Shown here in pieces: positions 57,006 through 64,000 of a stretch of DNA of 64,000 bases. The notes under the pieces are model-generated. The model did no database searches and was not told where the DNA came from. It was given only the letters and a program-made list of their open reading frames with translations. The stretch is taken from the NCBI GenBank assembly GCA_965222115.1, contig CBDCTJ010000007.1, positions 512,001 to 576,000 of the forward strand, given 5' to 3'. The number at the start of each line of letters is the position of its first letter. The first letter of the stretch is position 1. Source of the stretch: Planctomycetota bacterium. Lineage in GTDB: Bacteria > Planctomycetota > PLA2 > JAEUHO01. Position numbers and translations under genes: made by a program.

Positions 57006-57207
57006 GGGGTCTCCGAATGGCCCGTGGAAGATACTCGCCCGCCTCCACGCTCGCCTCCCTCGGGAGGAGTCCTCCATACGCGTAGCCGAATGAGAATGGG
57101 GCGCGGTTGCGGCACCGGAGGTGGGCATTTTGGGCAGGGCACGCGCGACGGTCGCTACTATGCGTTTTCTCGCCTCGCCGCGGCGGCCGAGGCCAAAGGA
57201 GCGTCCC

Positions 57208-57897
57208 ATGGCCGAGTCCAAACCCGCCAGCACCCCCACGCCATCGAGCGGCGAGTCCACCTATACGCACGACCGCGTCGTGGTGCGGGCCTACCCCAAG
57301 ATCATCTTCTTCTGGATGACGTGGCTGGCCTCCCTAGTGTGCGGCATCATCGCCAACAGCAGCGAGGACTGGGGCGGTGAGCACTTGGGCACCGTGTGGC
57401 TCTGCATCTTCGCCTTCAACTTGATCGTGATCGCCTTTGACTTTACTGAGGTTGTGTCGCTGATGGTTTTGGCCATCCTGGGTCTGCTGGTGTTTGCGGG
57501 CCTCTACTTCGGCTGGCTGCCCTTCATTGGCGACTTCTTTAGTACCCTCCACGCCAAGATGAATCCGGCATATTACTTCGCTGTGTTTGGCACGTTCACG
57601 GTCATCTACCTGTTCATGTTCATCAAGACGCGCTTTGACTATTGGGAGTTTCGCCATAACGAGGTGATTCATCGCTGCGGTGTATTCGCAGACATCAAGC
57701 GCTACAGCACCGAGGACTTGCGCTGGTTCAAAGAGATCCCCGACGTCTTGGAACGCTTCATCTGCGGTAGCGGGCGCATGATTATCACCACGCCGCGTGA
57801 GCAACACCCCATCGTCATTCAACACGTGCTGCGCATCAACAGCATCGACGAGCGCGTGGCCGACATCCTCGGCAAGAAGCTCGTAACGATCGGCTAG
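57208..57897 (+). CDS. Hypothetical membrane protein (4 TM + bacterial PH-like tail)
   Basis: AAGGAG RBS; four hydrophobic segments; [17 protein letters not shown]...GSGRMII. Confidence 0.8.
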   Translation: MAESKPASTPTPSSGESTYTHDRVVVRAYPKIIFFWMTWLASLVCGIIANSSEDWGGEHLGTVWLCIFAFNLIVIAFDFTEVVSLMVLAILGLLVFAGLYFGWLPFIGDFFSTLHAKMNPAYYFAVFGTFTVIYLFMFIKTRFDYWEFRHNEVIHRCGVFADIKRYSTEDLRWFKEIPDVLERFICGSGRMIITTPREQHPIVIQHVLRINSIDERVADILGKKLVTIG

Positions 57898-57941
57898 TCC
57901 GGGCTTGTTCCCGAGCTCGTCGGTAGAATATCGCGCGGGGA

Positions 57942-59273
57942 CTACTCGGCTTCGAGTTCCCCGTGCTGAATGCCGCGCCAACTGGTGTCTTTGACCCACA
58001 CCTTGACGACGTCACCGGGCTTGACGTTTTGCAGGAAGAGCAGGAGATCTTCGGAATTCTTGATCGACCACGGACCCAGGCCCACGACGATGTGATTCTT
58101 ACGAAGGCCCATCTCATCGCTGGGCCCTCCGGAACGCACCTCCGTAACCAGCACGCCGTCAAAGGCATCGGTATCGGCAGCCACAAAACCCAAGTGCTGG
58201 CTGCTGAGGGTGTTGGTGGGCAACGACTTGAGCGGCACCCGCACTTGATAGCGCTCTTGGCTCCCTGCGCGCGCCATGTCAAAGGTGGCGGGCTGACCGC
58301 TGCCCACGCGCACGAGTTCCATGCGCACATCGAAGAGCGTTTGGGTGGGCCGTCCGTTCACCGCCACGACGCGATCCCTTGTCCGTAGCGCCGTTTTACG
58401 CGCCGGACCGGTTGGATAAATGTGTTTGATGATGCCCGCTGCACCCCGGCCGGCTTGTAGTTCCAAGCCGAACCACTCGCTAGAAATCAACCGACGCTTA
58501 AAGGCACGCGCAATGAGATCCCGCACGCGCGCCGCGGGAATCGCAAAGCCTATCCCCTCAGCGTTGGTACGCACGCGGTTGTAAATGGCCGTGTTCACCG
58601 CCACCCAACGACCCGTCACATCGAGGAGCGGTCCGCCTGAGTTTCCGGGATTGATGGCGGCGTCGAGTTGCAGAAAATCGCGAAACTCATCGGAGTGCAT
58701 CTTCAGCTTGCGATGCGTGCCACTGACGATGCCCTGTGTGACGGTGAGGCCCAAACGAAATGGATGGCCCATCGCAATCACGGTTTCGCCCAGCATCAAG
58801 TCGTCATTGCGCGCTAGACGCAAGTAGGGATAGGTCGGTCGCGGCCCGCGATCGGGCGGGAGCAATCGCAAAATGGCGAGGTCGTTTTGTAGGTCAACGG
58901 CCAGGGGTACCCCCACCCGTTCGACCGAGGGCGTTCCCCTTTGCTTGTCGGCGGGGATCGCCACAAAGATACGGCTCGCTTGGGCAATGACGTGCGCGTT
59001 GGTAATCACAAAACCGTCCGGGTGAAAGATCACGCCCGAACCCAAACCGCCCGCACGCTCCAAGGGCTCGCGGTCCAAGAAGCCATACCACCCGCGATGA
59101 ACCTTTCGATTGGTTCGAATCGACACGACCGCGCTGCGAGTGCGTTCCACGGCTTTTACAATGCTCGAACGGCGCAGGGCCAACGCGTCCTTCGCGCATG
59201 CTGTCGGTGCGAAGGCGACCGATGCCGCGGATACGAGCAGAAAACAAACAAAGCGAAGCGAAACGTGTGTCAT
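57942..59273 (-). CDS. HtrA/DegP-family serine protease with two PDZ domains
   Basis: GSGVIF, TNAHV, DLAIL, AAINPGNSGGPL, GIGFAIP; two PDZ domains. Confidence 0.94.
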   Translation of the reverse strand: MTHVSLRFVCFLLVSAASVAFAPTACAKDALALRRSSIVKAVERTRSAVVSIRTNRKVHRGWYGFLDREPLERAGGLGSGVIFHPDGFVITNAHVIAQASRIFVAIPADKQRGTPSVERVGVPLAVDLQNDLAILRLLPPDRGPRPTYPYLRLARNDDLMLGETVIAMGHPFRLGLTVTQGIVSGTHRKLKMHSDEFRDFLQLDAAINPGNSGGPLLDVTGRWVAVNTAIYNRVRTNAEGIGFAIPAARVRDLIARAFKRRLISSEWFGLELQAGRGAAGIIKHIYPTGPARKTALRTRDRVVAVNGRPTQTLFDVRMELVRVGSGQPATFDMARAGSQERYQVRVPLKSLPTNTLSSQHLGFVAADTDAFDGVLVTEVRSGGPSDEMGLRKNHIVVGLGPWSIKNSEDLLLFLQNVKPGDVVKVWVKDTSWRGIQHGELEAE

Positions 59274-59389
59274 GGCATCCACCTTACGGAGCCGCGCGGC
59301 CTGTGTTGGTCTGATTTGCGCATGATCAAAGACGAATCCACGTTGCGAGATTCGGCGCCGACCGCGCCCTGCGTAGGATCTACGACGCC

Positions 59390-60319
59390 ATGAGCCCCCA
59401 CGCCCATCACGAACCGACTTCGCCTCGCAGCGCGGCCTACCCCACAGACTTGTTCGATGCCATTGCAGCCGTACGAAAGACCGGTGAGCCCGCGGTGCTC
59501 GCCACCGTGGTGGCCACCCGTGGAAGCACGCCCGGCAAAGAGACCATGCGACTGCTTGTCTTTGAAGACGGCTCCACGCTCGGCACGGTCGGCGGCGGTT
59601 GCGTGGAAGCCGATGTCGTGGCCGCCGCGCTGGACGCGCTCGACGGGTGCACCCCCTCGCGACACACGTTTCGCCTCACCGAGAATGCAACCGGCGCGTC
59701 CGGTCTCATGTGCGGTGGCGAGTTGGACGTGTTGGTGGAGCCCATTGGTGTGGCGGTGCTCTTTGTCTTTGGCGCCGGCCACATCAGCAAGGACCTCGTT
59801 GCCATTGCCGCGCGCGCGGGATTTCGCGTAACGGTGCTCGATGACCGCGCCCTGTTTGCCAACACCGAACGCTTCCCGAGCGCCCATCGCGTGATTGCCG
59901 GCGACTCCTTTGACGCGTGCTTTCAAGAAGCTCGTGTGCATGCCAATGCGTACTGCGTAGTCGTCACGCGCGGGCATGCGTTTGATTTGGAATGTACACG
60001 CTACGCACTTTCCTGCGGCGCGCCGTATGTGGGCGTCATTGGCAGCAAGACGAAGATTACGAAAATCGTACGCACGCTCAATGAGGAAGGCGTGCTCACA
60101 AGCGACAATCGGGCAACGCTACACGCGCCCATTGGTCTGGATCTGGGCGGACCCACGCACGGCGAAATCGCCGTGGCCATTGTCGCTGAGTTGATTGCGC
60201 ATCGCCGCGGCACCACGGCATCCCATGCGCTCAAACGACTGGACGTGGGAAGGCTCTTACGCAACGCCACGCCCGCCGCCGCGCCACCCAATGCGCCATC
60301 GTCCAAAGGCAGCGTATGA
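59390..60319 (+). CDS. xdhC: XdhC/CoxI family molybdenum-cofactor chaperone
   Basis: RGSTPGK, GTVGGGCVE, GLMCGG, FGAGH, VTRGH..D, YVGVIGSK, HAPIGL, EIAVAIVAE. Confidence 0.92.
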   Translation: MSPHAHHEPTSPRSAAYPTDLFDAIAAVRKTGEPAVLATVVATRGSTPGKETMRLLVFEDGSTLGTVGGGCVEADVVAAALDALDGCTPSRHTFRLTENATGASGLMCGGELDVLVEPIGVAVLFVFGAGHISKDLVAIAARAGFRVTVLDDRALFANTERFPSAHRVIAGDSFDACFQEARVHANAYCVVVTRGHAFDLECTRYALSCGAPYVGVIGSKTKITKIVRTLNEEGVLTSDNRATLHAPIGLDLGGPTHGEIAVAIVAELIAHRRGTTASHALKRLDVGRLLRNATPAAAPPNAPSSKGSV

Positions 60320-61149
60320 CCAGTCCACTGGCGGCCCTACGAGGCATGGTGGATGATATGCGCGGCGTGCATCGTGCCGTGTGGGCAGTACTCATCACGG
60401 TACCCATTGTACTCACGCTGCTTGAATACTACGGCATGCCCTGGCACTACCGGCGTCATGTGGAAGTGCGCTCGCGCGTAGAACGTGGGCTTACAGTAAA
60501 CGCGCCACGCAATCCGCCACTTGTAGAGACGCTCGGCGGTATCGACCTGCCCAAACCACCGTGGATGAAACCGCATCATTGGAAACGCGTTCAGCCGTTT
60601 GCCTGGTGGAGCCTCTTGACGATCGCATTATTGATCATCGTGCCGCTGTTCGTGGGGCGCTTTGTCGGCGGCCTACGCCCACGGGACCTCGGACTGAAAC
60701 TCAAAGGGACCGGATCGGAAGCGTGGACGTACCTTGCGATCTTTTTGGTGTTCTTGCCCGTCGTGGTGTGGATCTCACACAACCCCAGTTTTCAACGTAC
60801 GTACCCATTCTTTCGACCTCGTGCGGGCGAAGCACTCACCGACGCGTTCCTTACATTTGAGGTGTTTTACTTCCTTCAATTCCTGGCGATTGAGTTCTTC
60901 TTTCGCGGCTTCATGGTGCTGGGCCTCAAGCCGCATATCGGTCGCGCGTCGATCGCGGTCATGCTGGCGCCGTACTGCATGATTCACTACTACAAACCAT
61001 TGCCCGAAGCCTTAGGGGCCATTGGCGCCGGGCTCGTTCTCGGCAGCCTGAGTTATCGCTCGGGTACGGTGCTCTATGGTTGGTGGCTGCACTTTGGCGT
61101 TGCGTTATCGATGGACTTGCTGGCATCGCACCATATGGGGCTCCTGTAA
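60316..61149 (+). CDS. CPBP (CAAX/Abi) intramembrane metalloprotease
   Basis: EFFFRG, YCMIHYYKP, WWLH; multiple TMs; overlaps xdhC stop. Confidence 0.88.
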   Translation: MTSPLAALRGMVDDMRGVHRAVWAVLITVPIVLTLLEYYGMPWHYRRHVEVRSRVERGLTVNAPRNPPLVETLGGIDLPKPPWMKPHHWKRVQPFAWWSLLTIALLIIVPLFVGRFVGGLRPRDLGLKLKGTGSEAWTYLAIFLVFLPVVVWISHNPSFQRTYPFFRPRAGEALTDAFLTFEVFYFLQFLAIEFFFRGFMVLGLKPHIGRASIAVMLAPYCMIHYYKPLPEALGAIGAGLVLGSLSYRSGTVLYGWWLHFGVALSMDLLASHHMGLL

Positions 61150-61265
61150 GCACCTCGTTGTGCAGCCAATTGCCCGATTCGTTGCCTCGCGGGGCCAATT
61201 TGACCGTGCCAGAAGCGCTCGGTACCCTCGCCTCTGGCCTGTGCGCCAGCCCCCCGAGAGAATCC

Positions 61266-62612
61266 ATGAGTTCACATCCCCATTCAATTTTATGCAACGC
61301 GTTTGTACGCCGTTTGGTCGCCGGTACGGCACGCCTCGCCCCGGTGTTGGCGCTGGTGTGCGGGCTGGCGTGGAGCGCGCCAAGCGCACACGCCGACATT
61401 GTCATTTTGAGAGATGGAAAGGTGCTTCCCAACCGGCTGCAAGACAGGGTCAACTCCAACGAAACACCATCGGACCAGTTGCTGGAATCCAGCGGCAAGG
61501 GCAATCTCGAACTTCGCTACGACACGGTGAAGGTGGGCAAAGAGAGCGTGAGCGCATCGCTTGTCGTGGAACCCTACTCCACCATTGCGTACAAGAACCC
61601 GTTCTACGTCAACGCGGAGATCGCGGCAGGCCGCCGAGATTGGGTTGGCGCGGCGGAAGGATTCGGTCGTGCGGCCGACGAACTCACCGGCGCCGCCAAG
61701 CAGATCGCGCTCCATAAGCGCGTACTGTGCTACAAATTCGATGGCAACGTGGATCAGTGTTTCGACGCGATCCAGGCGCTCTTCACCGCGACGCCCAATA
61801 CCTATTACTTTGCAGAGATGGAAACACTGCGCGCGCGGTTGTTTATGATCAAGGGTAAGAAAAAAGACGCCAAAGCCGCGCTAGAGCGCATCGTAAACGC
61901 CAAGGGCATGAACGCGCGCGACTACTTCGACGCCAAGATCACGTTGATCGACTTCTTTATGATGGCGGGCGCGGGCAACAACAAGGCCGCCTACGCGAAG
62001 GCGGAGCAAGCGTATCGCGATGTCCTGAGCGAAATTCGAACGCGCCGTGGTGCCGACACGGAGGCCGCAACGCAACGGCTTCGTGCCAACGTGGGCGTTG
62101 CCAAGTGTCTTGTGCGCCAGGGCAAGCCCAGTGAGGCGCAGGACATATTCAAGAGCGTGATCGCCGACAAGAACTCAACTGGTCAAATCGAACTTTTGGC
62201 CTCGGCCTACTTGGGCCTTGGCGACACGCAGTACGCCACCGTACAGGCCAAGCTCAAAGGCGGGAACGTCGGAAACGACAAGGTTCCCGGTGTCGTCAAA
62301 GAACTGCACGAAGCCGCGAAAAACTACCTGCGCGTGGCGCGGTTCTATGGAAGCGACGCGGGCGATGAACTCACGCCATCCATGCTTAACTGTGCGCGCG
62401 TTTGGGCCACCATCTTTACGCTCGAAGGCGAACAGGATTTGGACCTAGGCATCGAAGCCCAGCGCATGTTCTTGGAAGCGCACCGTCGCATGCCACGCGG
62501 GGAAGAACGCCGCGTGCTCACCACCGAAATTAAAGAGTTCATGGCGAAAGTCGATGTGCTTGAAGAGCGGGCAAAGACCGCCAGTGCAACCGGGAAGGAC
62601 AAACCCAAGTAA
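61266..62612 (+). CDS. Secreted TPR-like protein
   Basis: Signal peptide AHA|DIVILRDGK; helical repeats (ASAYLGLGD, YLRV). Confidence 0.8.
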   Translation: MSSHPHSILCNAFVRRLVAGTARLAPVLALVCGLAWSAPSAHADIVILRDGKVLPNRLQDRVNSNETPSDQLLESSGKGNLELRYDTVKVGKESVSASLVVEPYSTIAYKNPFYVNAEIAAGRRDWVGAAEGFGRAADELTGAAKQIALHKRVLCYKFDGNVDQCFDAIQALFTATPNTYYFAEMETLRARLFMIKGKKKDAKAALERIVNAKGMNARDYFDAKITLIDFFMMAGAGNNKAAYAKAEQAYRDVLSEIRTRRGADTEAATQRLRANVGVAKCLVRQGKPSEAQDIFKSVIADKNSTGQIELLASAYLGLGDTQYATVQAKLKGGNVGNDKVPGVVKELHEAAKNYLRVARFYGSDAGDELTPSMLNCARVWATIFTLEGEQDLDLGIEAQRMFLEAHRRMPRGEERRVLTTEIKEFMAKVDVLEERAKTASATGKDKPK

Positions 62613-62665
62613 TGCACGCTCTCAAGATCGCGCCTTGCCTGGGCCACTGAACCACCTTACGCGCC

Positions 62666-63355
62666 ATGCATAAGTCGACGCGGGCGGGATCGCCGCCCTG
62701 GATCTGTCGCTGGGGCTACGATCGTGTGTACCAGACCATTCGAACGGCATTGCAACTCGTAAGTGCGCCGTTCCTGCGCATTCGCCTCGAAGGCCACCGG
62801 CCCAACATTCAAACTGGTGGCGTCCTGTTATGCGCCAACCACGAATCGTACTTTGACCCCGCCTTCATTCAGTTCGCGCTGCAGCGACGGCTGGTCTTTG
62901 TCATGACCAACGACTTCTATCGCGTACCCGGCATCTCATGGTTCTTTCGTTTGGTGCGCGCCATACCCGTGGCACGCGGTCGTATGGCCCGCCGCGGTCT
63001 CCGACGTGCTACCGCATTGGTTCGAGCAGGACACGCCGTAGCCATCTTTCCGGAAGGCCGCTTGTCGGTGGACGGCAATCTCAATCGGGCGCAACGCGGC
63101 ATTGCGCGCATCGCGCGGCGTACCGGTGTACCCGTGATCCCGATCGCACTTGTTGGCGCGCGTCGATCGTGGCCGCGCGGCACCAAGTTGCCACGACCGA
63201 GTTTGGTACGCGTTCGTTTCGGCAAACCCATGCGCTGGCCATTGCAAACGGATACGAGGCGGAATCGAGTACGCGATCAAGCCTTTGCCGATGACGTGAT
63301 GGCGGCGATCGCACACCTTCGTAGGTCGCCGATGGTCGCGCTTACACCGCCATAA
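62666..63355 (+). CDS. 1-acyl-sn-glycerol-3-phosphate (lysophospholipid) acyltransferase, PlsC family
   Basis: NHESYFD, IFPEGR, VPVIPIAL, VRFGKPM. Confidence 0.9.
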   Translation: MHKSTRAGSPPWICRWGYDRVYQTIRTALQLVSAPFLRIRLEGHRPNIQTGGVLLCANHESYFDPAFIQFALQRRLVFVMTNDFYRVPGISWFFRLVRAIPVARGRMARRGLRRATALVRAGHAVAIFPEGRLSVDGNLNRAQRGIARIARRTGVPVIPIALVGARRSWPRGTKLPRPSLVRVRFGKPMRWPLQTDTRRNRVRDQAFADDVMAAIAHLRRSPMVALTPP

Positions 63356-63450
63356 CACACACGGTGCCACAAGCGAAACTGCTCTAGAGAGAGGAACGCG
63401 CCCGTCGATAGGACGCTGACGCATAGGGCGCGTCGCGGTGGACTCCTCTC

Positions 63451-64000
63451 ATGGCCAATCACTCGGACCCGACAGGCGATACGCCTCAGGAACCGGCTGG
63501 AGCTGAGCCGCGCTTCGTACCACCGCTGCGTGCAGACCCCGCCGACACGCCAGAAGTGTCCGCGCCCATCGAACCCGCGGTGGCGCCACCTGAAACGGGC
63601 GATGTCATCGCGGCGCATTACAGGCTGGACGCTGAGATTGGTCGTGGCGCACACGGTCGCGTCTTCGTCGCCAATGACACCGCGCGGGGCAATGAACGTG
63701 TCGCGGTCAAGATTTGCAAGGCCTCCATGGAACCGCCGGATGAAGCGACTCGCCTTGCAGCGCGCACGTTGCGTTGGTTTCGACATCCGAATTGGGCCGA
63801 CATCTCGGATCAAGGCCTAACGAGTTCGCGCTACGAGTTTCAAGTCGCGCGCTTGGTGGATGGGCGCGGCCTCGACACGTTTCGTGGACCGCAACCCATT
63901 GAATTCGTGATGCGCTTCCTCGAAGACGCTGCCGAAGTACTCGACGCCATTCATCGTCTCGGCATCATTCACTACGATGTCACGCCCGCAAACTTCGTTG
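63451..64000 (+). CDS. Hanks-type Ser/Thr protein kinase (3' end beyond window)
   Basis: Manual translation: Pro-rich N-terminus, YRLDAEIGRGAHGRVF, VAVK, RHPN, IIHYDVTPANF; not in ORF track. Confidence 0.88.
   Translation, partial: MANHSDPTGDTPQEPAGAEPRFVPPLRADPADTPEVSAPIEPAVAPPETGDVIAAHYRLDAEIGRGAHGRVFVANDTARGNERVAVKICKASMEPPDEATRLAARTLRWFRHPNWADISDQGLTSSRYEFQVARLVDGRGLDTFRGPQPIEFVMRFLEDAAEVLDAIHRLGIIHYDVTPANFV

Overview
GC-rich bacterial chromosomal window, gene-dense and mostly housekeeping or envelope genes. Giant TPR/alpha-2-macroglobulin, Ser/Thr kinase, ECF sigma and KKDEP-type tails suggest a Planctomycetota-like organism (inference only). In order it holds: the 5' part of a signal-peptide-bearing Rhs/YD-repeat protein (missed by the ORF track); a trpS-metG-S9 peptidase operon; a lipoprotein; a degenerate PAS-GGDEF protein; a ~2740-aa TPR-flanked alpha-2-macroglobulin; a GT-C/pfkA/PHP/psd/GT2/YfhO-like operon; gltX; a rhomboid; an orphan 31-aa-repeat fibre-like protein with a tail-fibre-chaperone-like C-terminus; a catalytically dead trypsin-like protein; thiD; DUF2520; purB; a metzincin lipoprotein; aceE; a triple-hydrolase fusion; ECF sigma/anti-sigma; PilM(N)/PilO-like genes; carB broken by four single-base homopolymer insertions (probably sequencing error); HtrA; XdhC; a CPBP protease; a TPR protein; an acyltransferase; and the start of an atypical kinase. 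No rRNA, tRNA, CRISPR array or transposase was seen. The strongest unexplained signals are two candidate non-coding RNAs: a ~135-nt minus-strand sRNA with its own terminator, a CU-rich anti-Shine-Dalgarno-like loop and an ECF-like promoter (45047-45180), and a ~166-nt plus-strand structured RNA (40128-40293). The fibre protein and the hydrolase fusion also stand out. All calls come from reading motifs by eye; no searches or folding programs were run.
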